A stretch of 64,000 nt of DNA from Bryobacterales bacterium KBS 96. Its GTDB lineage: Bacteria > Acidobacteriota > Terriglobia > Bryobacterales > Bryobacteraceae. The position numbers and the translations under genes are program-made. The stretch covers positions 659,071 through 723,070 of the forward strand of contig KB906767.1 in assembly GCA_000381625.1 (NCBI GenBank), in the 5' to 3' direction. Under the pieces are notes generated by a model that had not been told where the DNA came from, made no database searches, and saw only the letters and a program-made list of their open reading frames with translations. Positions within the stretch are counted from its first letter, which is position 1. Every line of letters begins with the position of its first letter. Shown here in pieces: positions 38,722-49,475 of the stretch.

Positions 38722-41226
38722 TTACTCGTTCCTCAGGGCTGTCATTGGTTCGAGAGCAGCGGCGCGGCGCGCCGGCGCATAGCTGGCGGCGAGGGCGATC
38801 ACCGCTAATAAGACAATTGCCGCGAGCATCGAGACAGGATCGTACGGCTTTAAGCCATAGAGAAGCGTCGCCGCGGCGCGTGCCGCCCAAAACGCGAGGA
38901 CAATGCCCGCCGCGAGACCCACCGCGAGCAGCAGCATCGCCTCTTTCATGACAAGGCGAATGACCCGGCCGCGATCGGCGCCGAGCGCGATACGGACTCC
39001 AATTTCATTTCGTCGCCGCGCCACCATATAGGAGATGACTCCGTAGAGTCCCAGGGTAGCCAGAAGTCCCGCCAGGAATCCGAAGGCGCCCGACAATGTC
39101 GCCATTAACCGGTCGCGTAGCAGCGACTCCTGAATTTGCGCCGAGAACGAGCGAAACTCAAGCCCGATCACCGGATTGAAGGTCGTGATCGCACGCTTGA
39201 CCTCGCTGGTTAAACCGGCGGTCGGGCCGAGGACTCGGAGCACGAATGTCGCGCCCGCTCCCGGATCGTCGTCTTGCGCGACAGGGAAAAATCCGATCGG
39301 CAGGAAGTCCTCGCGTAATTCGTAGTACTTTGTGTTCGCCACTAGCCCAACAATCTGGATCAACGGCTCCGGCTTGCCCGCTTCGGCTTCCATGTGGAAG
39401 GTGTGGCCTACCGGATTGGCTCCGTGGAAGAACTTGCGCGCGAACACCTCGTTCACAATCGCCACCTTCGGCGAGGCGAGGTTGTCACGTTCGTTGAACT
39501 CGCGTCCCGCGATCAGGCGCGTTCCCATCGTCTTGAAATAGCCGGGCCCAACCCGATTGAAAAATGATTCTTTGCCGCTCGCCGCCGCGCGGGCGCCATC
39601 CGGACCGATATCGTTGTTCCAGCCACTTCCGCTCACAGGCGTGAACCACACCTGCGCCACGGAAGTGACGCCGGGCAGCGCCGCCAGGCGGTCGTGCAAC
39701 TCGTGATAGACCTCCTGCCTGCGCTCTTTCGGATATTGCGCCTGTCCGAAATCGAGATTCACCGTGAGCACCCCCTCAGCGTTGAAGCCAGCCTGGGTGG
39801 TTAGCAAATTCCGCAAACTGCGGACAAAGAGCAGCGCACCGACGAGCAGCACAAGAGAGAGCGCGACTTGCATGGCCACCAGGGTTCGACGCAAGCTGAA
39901 GCGCTCGCGTCCGGCAGTGGTGCTGCGGCCTCCCGCACGCATTGCCGCGGCGGGCGATACGCGCGTGGCACGCAAAGCGGGCGTCAGGCCGAACAACAAG
40001 CATGTCAGCACTGCTAACGCCGCCGTGAACCCAAGCACGCCCCAATCGAGACTGATGCCGACAAAAAGCGGATTATCGGATGTGCTGATGAACATAAGCA
40101 GGCCGCGGCTCAACACCTCCGCGAGCACAACGCCCAGCACCGTTCCGGAGACAGCCAATAGCAGGCTTTCCGAGAGAAGCTGGCGCACGAGTCTCCAGCG
40201 CGACGCGCCCACTGCGAGGCGAACCGCAATTTCCGTTTCGCGAACACTGGCTCGCGCCAACAGCAAATTGGCGAGATTGGCGCACGCGATCAGCAGCACG
40301 AGTCCCGTGATCGCCATCAGGAGCCAGAGCGGACGTTCGTATTCGCGGCGCAGGCCCGATACCCCGGTCCCGCCTTCGGTAGCGCCGATCTTATTCGCCA
40401 GATAGCGCTTCGCTTGCGCAGGCTTATATGAGGAAGGCAGCGTCGCTCGCATAATGCCGGGCGATAGAGTATGGAGCTGCGCCGTGGCTCGTTCAGGAGT
40501 CCAGCCCGGCTTCAAACGCCCCATCATCGAAATCCACCAGTCGCTACGGACAGGAATGCGGCCCTTGTGATCTTCGGCCATCAAACGGTCGGCACAAAGC
40601 GGGATGGCGACGTCGTAGCGGTTGCCGACCTCCACGCCGAAGAATGCGGCAGGTGTAACGCCGATGATAGGCAGCACATGCCCGTTCAGGCTGACTGCGC
40701 GGTTCAGGATTCCAGGATCGCCGCCGAATTCCCGCTGCCAGAACGCATAGCTGATGACCGCGCCGGTTCCGCTGCACGTCGCGCTATCGTCTTGCGCAGT
40801 GAACGTGCGGCCCATGATGGCGTTTACACCGAGAAGCTGGAAGAAATTGCCGCTAACGTACAGCCCCTCGGCAAAGCGCGCCTGGCCACCGGTCGCGAGG
40901 TTGAACCGGTCCGCGCTCCAGGCCATCACGCCTGTAAACGCCTGCTGCCGCGCTCGGATCTCGTCCCATTGAGAGTAGGTCAGGCGCGCGCTGCGCGTCG
41001 AAAAATTCCCGGAGCGGGAAGACCCCTTCACGAAGTCGATGGACACCAACTCTTTGGGGTTCTGCACCGGCAGCGTCTTGAGGCGGATTGCATCGACCAA
41101 TTGAAAAATGGCCGTATTCGCGCCAATGCCGAGCGCCAGCGATAACACAGCTACCGCCGTGAATCCCGGACTCTGCTTCAGTTGCCGTAAGCTGTAGCGC
41201 ACGTCCTGCACGATCGATTCGAGCAT
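38722..41226 (-). CDS. ADOP-family (MacB/FtsX-like) ABC transporter permease
   Basis: MLESIVQDVRYSLRQLKQSPGFTAVAVLSLALGIGANTAIF... with duplicated FtsX-like modules; 834 aa. Confidence 0.8.
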   Translation of the reverse strand: MLESIVQDVRYSLRQLKQSPGFTAVAVLSLALGIGANTAIFQLVDAIRLKTLPVQNPKELVSIDFVKGSSRSGNFSTRSARLTYSQWDEIRARQQAFTGVMAWSADRFNLATGGQARFAEGLYVSGNFFQLLGVNAIMGRTFTAQDDSATCSGTGAVISYAFWQREFGGDPGILNRAVSLNGHVLPIIGVTPAAFFGVEVGNRYDVAIPLCADRLMAEDHKGRIPVRSDWWISMMGRLKPGWTPERATAQLHTLSPGIMRATLPSSYKPAQAKRYLANKIGATEGGTGVSGLRREYERPLWLLMAITGLVLLIACANLANLLLARASVRETEIAVRLAVGASRWRLVRQLLSESLLLAVSGTVLGVVLAEVLSRGLLMFISTSDNPLFVGISLDWGVLGFTAALAVLTCLLFGLTPALRATRVSPAAAMRAGGRSTTAGRERFSLRRTLVAMQVALSLVLLVGALLFVRSLRNLLTTQAGFNAEGVLTVNLDFGQAQYPKERRQEVYHELHDRLAALPGVTSVAQVWFTPVSGSGWNNDIGPDGARAAASGKESFFNRVGPGYFKTMGTRLIAGREFNERDNLASPKVAIVNEVFARKFFHGANPVGHTFHMEAEAGKPEPLIQIVGLVANTKYYELREDFLPIGFFPVAQDDDPGAGATFVLRVLGPTAGLTSEVKRAITTFNPVIGLEFRSFSAQIQESLLRDRLMATLSGAFGFLAGLLATLGLYGVISYMVARRRNEIGVRIALGADRGRVIRLVMKEAMLLLAVGLAAGIVLAFWAARAAATLLYGLKPYDPVSMLAAIVLLAVIALAASYAPARRAAALEPMTALRNE

Positions 41227-41323
41227 GTACTACATACGTACGAGGAAGCCCACGGTTAGGTTCAAGAGAGCGGCGAGGACACAGAAGACAGAAGACGGCA
41301 GACAGAAGTCACAGTGGCAAACA

Positions 41324-41827
41324 TTACTGTTTCAATTCGGGGCTTTGCGCAGTTGCCGGCTCGCGTCCCCAATTCTGGTGGATGACGAGCGTCTCGTCGG
41401 AAAAGAACGTGCGCCGGCCACTGCTGCCGAATGACTTCGGCACGGCCGTGATTGAATAACCAGTTGGAGTGCCCTGGACGGTGAATACGTAACCGGTGTT
41501 CTCGCCGGTAGACAAAGTGGCGGGGATCAAATCGGCGGACGTCGGGCTCGCATTGCCGCCTCCGGAAGGCGGTCCAAGTTCAGCCAACGATGTGGCATAG
41601 CGGCCGAATTGGGAGTAATACATGGTCTCGGCTTTGTGGAGGGTTTGGATCTGGCTGAGAGCCGCGGTCTCCTGGGCGTTCATCTTCGCCTGGTTGAGCT
41701 TGGGTAGCGCAATCGCAAGGATAATCAGGATGATCGAAATGACAATGAGCAGCTCGATCAACGAGAAGCCGCTCTGGTTCAAACGGTTTTTCCGTTTAGA
41801 CAACACGGATAGCATACGTTTCCACAT
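41324..41827 (-). CDS. Prepilin-type N-terminal cleavage/methylation domain protein (type IV pilin/pseudopilin)
   Basis: Motif GFSLIELLIVISII followed by a Gly/Thr-rich variable domain. Confidence 0.75.
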   Translation of the reverse strand: MWKRMLSVLSKRKNRLNQSGFSLIELLIVISIILIILAIALPKLNQAKMNAQETAALSQIQTLHKAETMYYSQFGRYATSLAELGPPSGGGNASPTSADLIPATLSTGENTGYVFTVQGTPTGYSITAVPKSFGSSGRRTFFSDETLVIHQNWGREPATAQSPELKQ

Positions 41828-41886
41828 GATACGACGACGGCGCCCAGCTTTCCGTTGGCGCGAAAACGCAACTGGCGCTTCGAGGC

Positions 41887-42711
41887 CTATACAAACGATT
41901 TTATGAGATTGTCGATGGCGCGCAATCGTCCCAGTAAAGTGGGTAGCAAATCGAGCGCCAGGGCATTAGCGCCGTCCGAGAGCGCGCGCTCCGGTGCTTC
42001 GTGCACTTCCACGAACAATCCGGCGACCCCGACCGCGGTGGCGGCTCGCGCAAGCGGCTCGATAAATTCGGGCTGGCCTCCGGATGCATTGCCGGCCGCC
42101 CCCGGAAGTTGGACACTATGCGTGGCATCGAATACGACCGGGTAGCCGGACCGGCGCATGATGGCAATACCGCGCATATCGACCACCAGATTGTTGTAGC
42201 CGAACGAGGAGCCGCGCTCGGTCAGAAGGATGCGGTCGTTTCCCGTGCTTGCCACTTTTTCCGCAGCGTTCGCGATATCGCCGGGTGCAATGAATTGCCC
42301 CTTCTTAATGTTGACCACCTTGCCTGTACGCCCCGCGGCAACCAGAAGATCCGTCTGGCGGCACAGAAAGGCCGGAATCTGCAAAATATCGACGAATGCG
42401 GCCGCTTTCTCTGCGTGGGCTGGTTCGTGAATGTCCGTCAATACGGGGATGCCGAGCTTCCGAACCTCGCCGAGAATGCTCAACCCATCTTCGGTCCCAG
42501 GACCGCGGTAGGAATTCACACTGCTGCGGTTGGCCTTATCGAATGAAGCCTTGAATACGAACGGTCCGGCGATTTCGCGGATGCGCCGGCAGATCCAGAG
42601 CACATGCTCTTCACTTTCGATGACGCACGGCCCGGCAATCAAGGCGAGGGGAGCGCTTTCGGAAAAGGTCACTTGGGCAGGCCCCGAGCCTACCTGAACG
42701 AGGCGGCTCAT
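41887..42711 (-). CDS. kdsA: 3-deoxy-8-phosphooctulonate (KDO8P) synthase
   Basis: 274 aa DAHP/KDO8P synthase fold ([10 protein letters not shown]...[11 protein letters not shown]). Confidence 0.9.
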   Translation of the reverse strand: MSRLVQVGSGPAQVTFSESAPLALIAGPCVIESEEHVLWICRRIREIAGPFVFKASFDKANRSSVNSYRGPGTEDGLSILGEVRKLGIPVLTDIHEPAHAEKAAAFVDILQIPAFLCRQTDLLVAAGRTGKVVNIKKGQFIAPGDIANAAEKVASTGNDRILLTERGSSFGYNNLVVDMRGIAIMRRSGYPVVFDATHSVQLPGAAGNASGGQPEFIEPLARAATAVGVAGLFVEVHEAPERALSDGANALALDLLPTLLGRLRAIDNLIKSFV

Positions 42712-44354
42712 TTGGCGTGGGAAAGTTCCGGCGCGGCTTCCGCATGGGAGCCGGCGCGAGCTTCGCGGCGTTGCAAAGCCGCACGGAGAAATGCCGTGAA
42801 CAGCGGATGCGGCTCCAGAGGCTTCGATTTGAACTCCGGGTGGAACTGGCAGCCGAGGAACCAGGGGTGATCCGGAATCTCGCAGATCTCCACGTACACG
42901 CCGTCGGGAGTGTGGCCCGTCAGGCGAAGACCGTTTTCCGTGAGGATGGGCTCAAACTCGCGATTGAATTCGTAGCGATGGCGATGGCGCTCGCTGATCT
43001 CGGGGACGCCGTAGGCTTCACGAGCAAAACTGCCTTCGGCTAGCCGGCATGGATAGGCGCCCAGGCGCATGGTGCCGCCCAGTTCATCGACGCCCTTCAG
43101 TTCGCGGAGCTTGTAGATGACGCGGTGCGGCGTGCCGGGATCGAACTCCGTGGAATCGGCGTCGGCAAGCCCGCAGACGTTGCGGGCAAACTCGATCACC
43201 ATCGTCTGCATTCCCAGGCAGATGCCGAAATACGGAACCTTTTCTTCGCGGGCGAAACGGATAGCGTGCAGCATGCCGGGGATGCCGCGCTTGCCGAAGC
43301 CGCCAGGCACCAGAATGCCGTCATATTGCCGGAGCGATTCAAGGCACCCGGGCCATTCGAGACGCTCGGACTCAATCCACTCAATGTTGACCTTTGCCCG
43401 ATGCGCGATGCCCGCGTGCAGCAGTGCCTCTTTCAGGCTCTTATAGGAATCTTCGTATTCGACGTATTTACCGACCAGGCCAATGTTGACCTCGCGAAGC
43501 GGATTCTCCATCCGCTCGACCATTTGAATCCAGCGGCTGAGGTTGCGCGGCCCGGCCTGGAGGTGTAGCAGATGAAGGATGATCTCATCGACACGCTGCT
43601 CAGAAAACACCATGGGTATCTTGTAAACGGAGTTGACGTCCTTGGCGGTGATGACGGCTTCGGGTGCAACGTCGCAAAATAGCGCAATCTTCTCTTTTAC
43701 GTCGCGCGGCAATTCACGCTCGGAGCGGCAAAGCAGAATATCCGGCTGGATACCGATAGCCCGCAGTTCCTTCACGCTGTGTTGAGTCGGCTTGGTTTTC
43801 AATTCCTGCGCCGCCGCGATCCAGGGCACCAGCGTCAGATGAATAAACAGAGTGTTATCGCGGCCCTCTTCGTGGCGCATCTGACGAATGGCTTCGATGA
43901 AAGGCAGCGATTCGATATCGCCAATTGTTCCGCCAATCTCCACAATCGCGATGTCGACATCGGCCGCCACCTTACGGCAAGCAGCCTTGATCTCGTTTGT
44001 GACGTGAGGAATCACCTGCACTGTCTTGCCGAGATAGTCGCCGCGGCGCTCGCGGGCGATGATGTTCTCGTAAATGCGCCCGGATGTCAGGTTATTGCTC
44101 TGGGTCAGATGGGCGTGAGTGAATCGCTCGTAATGGCCAAGGTCCAGGTCGGTTTCCGCGCCATCGTCGGTCACGAATACTTCACCATGCTGAAAGGGGC
44201 TCATGGTGCCCGGATCGATGTTGAGATACGGGTCGAATTTTTGGAGCGTGACCCGGAGGCCGCGGCTTTCCATTAGGCAGCCGATGGAGGCGGCGGCAAT
44301 TCCCTTCCCCAGTGACGAGACGACGCCACCTGTCACAAAGATGTACTTAGGCAT
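42708..44354 (-). CDS. pyrG: CTP synthase
   Basis: N-terminal synthetase domain ([18 protein letters not shown]) and a C-terminal GATase domain (GICLGMQ); 4-nt overlap with kdsA. Confidence 0.9.
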   Translation of the reverse strand: MPKYIFVTGGVVSSLGKGIAAASIGCLMESRGLRVTLQKFDPYLNIDPGTMSPFQHGEVFVTDDGAETDLDLGHYERFTHAHLTQSNNLTSGRIYENIIARERRGDYLGKTVQVIPHVTNEIKAACRKVAADVDIAIVEIGGTIGDIESLPFIEAIRQMRHEEGRDNTLFIHLTLVPWIAAAQELKTKPTQHSVKELRAIGIQPDILLCRSERELPRDVKEKIALFCDVAPEAVITAKDVNSVYKIPMVFSEQRVDEIILHLLHLQAGPRNLSRWIQMVERMENPLREVNIGLVGKYVEYEDSYKSLKEALLHAGIAHRAKVNIEWIESERLEWPGCLESLRQYDGILVPGGFGKRGIPGMLHAIRFAREEKVPYFGICLGMQTMVIEFARNVCGLADADSTEFDPGTPHRVIYKLRELKGVDELGGTMRLGAYPCRLAEGSFAREAYGVPEISERHRHRYEFNREFEPILTENGLRLTGHTPDGVYVEICEIPDHPWFLGCQFHPEFKSKPLEPHPLFTAFLRAALQRREARAGSHAEAAPELSHAK

Positions 44355-44384
44355 AGCACTCCCACCAGGTGTTCATATTGATAC

Positions 44385-44402
44385 CGCGCCGGAACCGGCG
44401 CG
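44385..44402 (-). promoter_or_regulatory. GC-rich perfect palindrome CGCGCCGG-AA-CCGGCGCG in the pyrG leader
   Basis: Read directly; 31 to 48 nt upstream of the pyrG ATG. Confidence 0.25.
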
Positions 44403-44489
44403 AGGGCAACAAGCGATTTAAATTTGGAGCCGATAAGGGATGACGACCCGCTGGCTTCTGGGCAGCGTCGATCCGGCTCAAGGAGAAAA

Positions 44490-45263
44490 TCACTGCTGCT
44501 CGACTACTCCTGCAACGTTAGCAAACAAGCGGTTCAAGCGCTCCAGGTCTTCGGGTGTATCGACGCCAAGGGACTCGTAATCGGTCTCGACGACGCGAAT
44601 GCGGTAGCCGTTTTCGAGAGCGCGGAGCTGTTCGAGGCGTTCCGCGTTTTCGAGCGGACCGATTGTCAGATCTGGGTAGCGGAGCAAAAATTCACGGCGA
44701 TAGACGTACAGGCCAACGTGCTTGAAATAGGAGCCCGGATCGCCGTTGCTGTCCCGATTGTACGGAATGGGACTGCGGGAAAAATAGATGGCGTCGCCGG
44801 TGAACGTGGTGATGACTTTCACTACGTTGGGGTTACTGACGTCGGCCGGATCAGCCATGCGCTTCATCAAAGTGCCCATCGAGACGGATTCGTCGCCAAG
44901 GACGGTGAGCACCGCGGCATCGATGGCTTCGGGGTCGATGAGCGGCTCATCCCCCTGGATGTTCACAAACAGATCGTAGTTCTCGGCGGAGGCGACTTCG
45001 GCAACGCGATCGGTGCCGGAGGGGTGGTCGGCGCGGGTCATGCGGACCTGCCCGCCGAAACGGCGGACTTCGGCGGCGATTTGTTCATCGTCGGTCGCCA
45101 CGATCACGTCCCGGATGTAACGCGCAAGGCTCGCCCGCTCGTAAACGTGCTGAACCATAGGTTTACCGGCGAGACGAGCGAGAGCTTTTCCGGGGAATCG
45201 AGAGGAGGCAAACCGGGCGGGTATGACACCCAAAATCCGCGTCGGCACGACTGAGTATATCAT
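44490..45263 (-). CDS. kdsB: 3-deoxy-manno-octulosonate cytidylyltransferase (CMP-KDO synthetase)
   Basis: ILGVIPARFASSRFPGKAL...IQGDEP motifs. Confidence 0.85.
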   Translation of the reverse strand: MIYSVVPTRILGVIPARFASSRFPGKALARLAGKPMVQHVYERASLARYIRDVIVATDDEQIAAEVRRFGGQVRMTRADHPSGTDRVAEVASAENYDLFVNIQGDEPLIDPEAIDAAVLTVLGDESVSMGTLMKRMADPADVSNPNVVKVITTFTGDAIYFSRSPIPYNRDSNGDPGSYFKHVGLYVYRREFLLRYPDLTIGPLENAERLEQLRALENGYRIRVVETDYESLGVDTPEDLERLNRLFANVAGVVEQQ

Positions 45264-45473
45264 GATGCGACGGGTCGGAAGGAACGAGGTCCGGCGTCCT
45301 GATTGGAACGCCCCACGAGGGAAGTAAATAGGCCCGGTACGCTCGCAAAAACGTCCGTTTTCCGGCAGCCGTCACGTCAGGAGCCGGTGATATGATCGGA
45401 GCAGAAGGCGCAATTTAGCTGCATGCGAATGCGTGCCGCCAACGGGTGCAAGTTGTCTACCACCTCGCGGAGA

Positions 45474-46508
45474 ATGTCAAGACAGGGCCGTTCGCTTGCC
45501 GCGCTCGGCATTTTCGCGGGCGTTTGCCTGGGCGTTGCCCTAGCGCGAAGCGGGCCGACGGATTCGAAGGACGTTCCACATAATCAGGCGCCTCCGCCCC
45601 AGGCTCAAGTCGAAATTGAAACGCGCAAAAAGCCGGACGAGGGCACGAAGGTGGAATCGCGGCCGGCGGACATCAAAGTCACCAGGGAACTGGTTCTCAT
45701 CAACGTGAGCGTGACCGATCCGCTAAATCGCTTTGTGACCGGCCTCGAAAAAGAAAATTTCAAGCTGTACGAAGACAAAGTAGAGCAACAGATCCGCTCG
45801 TTTTCAAGCGAGGATGCGCCGATCTCGATCGGCTTGGTATTCGATACGAGTGGAAGCATGGGTCCGAAGCTGCAAAAATCGCGGGAAGCTGCGGCGGATT
45901 TCTTTCAAACGGCAAATCCCGCCGACGAATTTTTCCTCATCCGTTTCAGCGACCGGCCCGAACTGGTGTCGCCATTCACGACCGATACCGACAAAATTCA
46001 ATCCGCGCTTACCTTCACACAATCCAAAGGACGCACTGCTCTTCTCGATGGCGTATACCTCGCAATGAATCAGATGAAGAAGGCGCGCAACGCACGGAAA
46101 GCGCTGCTGATCATTTCGGACGGTGGCGATAATAGTAGCCGGTATACCGAGAGCGAGATCAAGAACTCGGTCCGTGAAGCCGATGTGCAGATTTACGCGA
46201 TCGGAATATTCGAATCTGCCGGGGCACGGAACCGCACGCCCGAAGAAGCGATGGGGCCGAGTTTACTGAACGATTTGGCGGAGCAAACGGGCGGCCGCTC
46301 GTATGCAGTGGAAAATCCAAGCGAACTGCCCGACATTGCTGCGAAAATCGGTGTTGAGCTTCGAAATGAATATATCATTGGTTACACGCCGCGGAATCAG
46401 GAACGTGACGGCAAGTATCGCCGTGTGCAAGTGAAACTGGTACAGCCGCGAGGTCTGCCACCGCTGAAAGCCAACTTTCGATTGGGGTATTATGCTCCGT
46501 CACGATAG
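45474..46508 (+). CDS. VWA domain protein with signal peptide (Acidobacteria-type VWFA-related)
   Basis: MIDAS motif DTSGSM and a TM/signal segment; start chosen at the ATG at 45474. Confidence 0.7.
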   Translation: MSRQGRSLAALGIFAGVCLGVALARSGPTDSKDVPHNQAPPPQAQVEIETRKKPDEGTKVESRPADIKVTRELVLINVSVTDPLNRFVTGLEKENFKLYEDKVEQQIRSFSSEDAPISIGLVFDTSGSMGPKLQKSREAAADFFQTANPADEFFLIRFSDRPELVSPFTTDTDKIQSALTFTQSKGRTALLDGVYLAMNQMKKARNARKALLIISDGGDNSSRYTESEIKNSVREADVQIYAIGIFESAGARNRTPEEAMGPSLLNDLAEQTGGRSYAVENPSELPDIAAKIGVELRNEYIIGYTPRNQERDGKYRRVQVKLVQPRGLPPLKANFRLGYYAPSR

Positions 46509-47430
46509 AGTCGCGTTTGCGGCGCTGGCGGTGCTGGCCACGGCGAGCGTGGTCTGGGCCCAATTCTCCGCCGAAACCCGGCTGGTTGTCCTTCACGCCA
46601 GCGTAGCGGACAAGCGAGGCCACCTCGTACCCAATCTGAAGCAGGACGAGTTCAAGGTTTACGAGAACGGGGTGCTGCAGCAACTGAAACTCTTTCGCCA
46701 TGAGGATGTGCCGGTTTCGATGGGTCTATTAATCGACGACAGCGGCAGCATGAAAGAGAAGCGCGCCAGGGTGGAAGCCGCCGCGCTCGCGCTGGTGAAA
46801 GCGTCCAACCGTCAGGACGAGGTTTTCATTGTCAACTTTAACGACGAGGCTTATCTCGATGTGCCGTTCACAAACGACATGAACAAAATGCAGCAGGGCT
46901 TGGCGCGGATCGATGCGCGGGGCGGAACGGCGATGCGCGATGCAATCAACATGTCTATCGACTATTTGAAAGCGAAGGGCAAGAAAGATAAGAAGGTCCT
47001 CCTCATCGTGACGGACGGAAACGACAATGCCAGTACGGTATCGCTGGAGCGAGTGGTTCAACGCGCGATTCAGAGTGAAGTGCTCATCTATGCCGTGGGA
47101 TTGCTCGGCGAAGAAGAGCGTCACGAGGCCGCCAAGGCGAAACGAGCATTGAAAGAATTGACCACAACGACGGGCGGCATGGTCTTTTATCCCAAGGAAG
47201 TGGATGAAGTGAACCAAATTACCCTGAACATCGCCCACGACATCCGCAGCCAATACACGCTGGCCTATACGCCGCAACTGCCGGACGATGGCAGCTACCG
47301 GCAAATCAAAGTCACTGTCGATGCTCCCGGACATCCGGTAGTGCGCACCCGGTCCGGTTATTACGCAACGCGGGAACAGGTGGCGCACTCGGTCGATTCC
47401 GCGTCCGCTCCCGCGAAGGTTGCGCAGTAA
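46492..47430 (+). CDS. VWA domain protein with signal peptide (paralog of the upstream gene)
   Basis: MIDAS motif DDSGSM; 17-nt overlap with the upstream VWA gene. Confidence 0.7.
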   Translation: MLRHDRVAFAALAVLATASVVWAQFSAETRLVVLHASVADKRGHLVPNLKQDEFKVYENGVLQQLKLFRHEDVPVSMGLLIDDSGSMKEKRARVEAAALALVKASNRQDEVFIVNFNDEAYLDVPFTNDMNKMQQGLARIDARGGTAMRDAINMSIDYLKAKGKKDKKVLLIVTDGNDNASTVSLERVVQRAIQSEVLIYAVGLLGEEERHEAAKAKRALKELTTTTGGMVFYPKEVDEVNQITLNIAHDIRSQYTLAYTPQLPDDGSYRQIKVTVDAPGHPVVRTRSGYYATREQVAHSVDSASAPAKVAQ

Positions 47431-47730
47431 AGTGTTTCGGTTCCTCTGGCTGGCTTCCAAAGGACACCGGCTGCGGCCCTGGCGATCGCCATACCTGCGC
47501 TGGAGGATTGAGACCTATTCCGGCATTCCTGCCGGCAGCATCGGGTTCCGCGAGTTCTGTGGGTTCATCTGGCGTGAACGGCGCGGCATGGTCCGGTATC
47601 TGAGCTGGGTCGAGAAGAACACCTAAGGGCTAGGGCCAGATAGCCAGAACAATCAGGGGCCACTCCTGGACCTGCCCTGACTACCTGATTACTTGTCTCC
47701 TTATCTCCCCTCTTCTGTATCCTGAAACTA

Positions 47731-48621
47731 GTGCTAGTCACCATTTCCCAGCAGATTGAGCGTCCGAAATGGCTTCGCGCGCCCGCGCCGGTGGGCGAGA
47801 ACTATCGCGAACTCAAGAACCTGGTTACGGATCTGAAGCTGCACACGGTCTGCGAAAGCGCCGCGTGCCCGAACGTGGGTGAATGCTGGAACCGGCGCAC
47901 GGCGACTTTCATGATTCTGGGGAATGTCTGTACCCGGCGCTGCGGGTTTTGTGCCGTTCAGAAAGGTCCGCCTCTGGACGTTGACTATGACGAGCCCCGG
48001 CGCGTGGCCGAAGCGTGTTCGGTACTGGGCCTGAAGTACGCGGTAATTACGAGCGTAAACCGCGACGACCGCAAAGATGGCGGAGCGGAGCTTTTCGCCC
48101 GGACCATTCAGGCGATCCGCGAACGCGTGCCGGGATGCAAGGTGGAAGTACTCGTTCCCGATTTCCAAGGCTCACATGAAGCCATGGACATTGTGATGAA
48201 CGCCCATCCGGATGTTCTGAACCACAATACGGAAACGGTGCCGCGCCTATACCGACAAGTGCGTCTGGGAGCACGGTATGAGCGGTCACTCGATATGCTG
48301 CGCTACGCCAAGCAGCTCCGGCCGCACGTGCCTACAAAATCCGGAGTCATGCTTGGATTAGGCGAGACTCCGGAAGAAGTGCTGCAGGTGATGCGCGACC
48401 TGCAAGCGCATCACGTCGACATTCTGACGCTGGGCCAATATCTGCGGCCGTCGACGAAGCATCTGCCGATCATTCGCTACGTTCCCCAGGAAGAGTTCGA
48501 CGAATACAAGCGGGCGGGACTCGGAATGGGCTTCGCGCACGTGGAAGCGGGACCGCTAGTGAGAAGCTCCTATCACGCGGACGGTGCCGAAGAAGCGGCG
48601 TTGGCGGCATGCCGGCAGTAG
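47731..48621 (+). CDS. lipA: Lipoyl synthase
   Basis: CxxxCxxC clusters CPNVGEC and CTRRCGFC; GTG start. Confidence 0.9.
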   Translation: MLVTISQQIERPKWLRAPAPVGENYRELKNLVTDLKLHTVCESAACPNVGECWNRRTATFMILGNVCTRRCGFCAVQKGPPLDVDYDEPRRVAEACSVLGLKYAVITSVNRDDRKDGGAELFARTIQAIRERVPGCKVEVLVPDFQGSHEAMDIVMNAHPDVLNHNTETVPRLYRQVRLGARYERSLDMLRYAKQLRPHVPTKSGVMLGLGETPEEVLQVMRDLQAHHVDILTLGQYLRPSTKHLPIIRYVPQEEFDEYKRAGLGMGFAHVEAGPLVRSSYHADGAEEAALAACRQ

Positions 48622-48629
48622 CGAAGGCG

Positions 48630-48851
48630 ATGAATTTAAAAGAAGTCGCTCATGAACACCTGAGACTGTCGTGGACTGATGGAGAAACTGAGTTGTTATA
48701 TCTGTCGACGACGAAGGCTTTGTATTCGAAAGCGCCACACATAAAAATAGTGGATGTTGAGTCGATTCGAAGACCTAATCGACGTTCAATCTGTCATTTA
48801 GCCTTGCGAGTTCAACGCGATGAGAGCCGTTGCTCTTCATCACCGAGCTAA
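48630..48851 (+). CDS. Small hypothetical protein in a low-GC patch (possibly DUF2442-like)
   Basis: 73-aa ORF MNLKEVAHEHLRLSWTDGETELLYLS... at about 45% GC versus about 59% locally; the product call is weak. Confidence 0.25.
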   Translation: MNLKEVAHEHLRLSWTDGETELLYLSTTKALYSKAPHIKIVDVESIRRPNRRSICHLALRVQRDESRCSSSPS

Positions 48852-49192
48852 TCGTCTCCCGGGATTTGACTGAAGCTCTCAGCGCTTAAACGCTGAAGCG
48901 CCGCATGCCGGATGTGTAAAATCCATACCGTCTGGCGTTTCTCATCCACCTCATACAAAATGCGATACACGCCACGCCGTCGGCCGAAAGAAAGACATCG
49001 GATTTCTCTACCTGCTTTTTCCGCTTCGGGCGCAAACGGGCAGCGATTGGCAAGACGTTCCAACGAATATAGGCTATCGATCAGTTCTTCAAACCAAACA
49101 GCGCCTTTGGCAGGGGCCCGAGAACACACCCAGTCATAGATGCGCTCTACATCGGCATTCGCTGAATCAGCGAGCAGGACCCGGTAAATCAC
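48848..49192 (-). CDS. Type II toxin-antitoxin toxin, ParE/RelE family
   Basis: VIYRVLLAD...VWILHIRH pattern. The GTG at 49192 is preferred over the ORF-track TTG at 49216. Confidence 0.7.
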   Translation of the reverse strand: MIYRVLLADSANADVERIYDWVCSRAPAKGAVWFEELIDSLYSLERLANRCPFAPEAEKAGREIRCLSFGRRRGVYRILYEVDEKRQTVWILHIRHAALQRLSAESFSQIPGDD

Positions 49193-49475
49193 GTTTCCGT
49201 CTGAACTTCCTTTCAAACTGTTGCAGTGAAATCACCCGGCCTGTCTCAACGTCAGCCACTCCGCGGCTGATTCCTTCAAGAGCTTCTAACTCGTCAATGC
49301 GTTGCAGAAGCTTCTGGTACGAAGCTGCATCTTGTACGACTAACTCAGCCTTGCCGTTGATCGTTAGCACCAGCGGATGGCCGCTGTCGCGGATCTGCTC
49401 GAGAAATTCGCACGTATGTCGCTTGAAGTCGCTTAGCGAGCGAATATCTTTTTCGATGTCAAGCATATGCTGCAC
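49167..49475 (-). CDS. Type II antitoxin, Phd/YefM family
   Basis: LTINGKAELVVQDAASYQKLL motif; lies upstream of the toxin and overlaps it. Confidence 0.7.
   Translation of the reverse strand: MQHMLDIEKDIRSLSDFKRHTCEFLEQIRDSGHPLVLTINGKAELVVQDAASYQKLLQRIDELEALEGISRGVADVETGRVISLQQFERKFRRKRDLPGPAR

Noticed and set aside
38121-38951. ORFs 38121-38555(+), 38168-38452(+), 38521-38808(+), 38531-38890(-) and 38610-38951(+) in and around the cco upstream region
   Set aside because: They have Arg/Ser/Cys-rich compositions and no domain signatures. They overlap each other and the ADOP permease 3' end, so they were treated as non-coding.
47420-47626. 68-aa Trp/Arg-rich ORF between the VWA pair and lipA
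   Set aside because: The composition (W/R-rich, pI above 11) looks like a GC-rich artefact, with no Shine-Dalgarno and no recognisable family. The 300-nt region is more likely the lipA promoter/leader.
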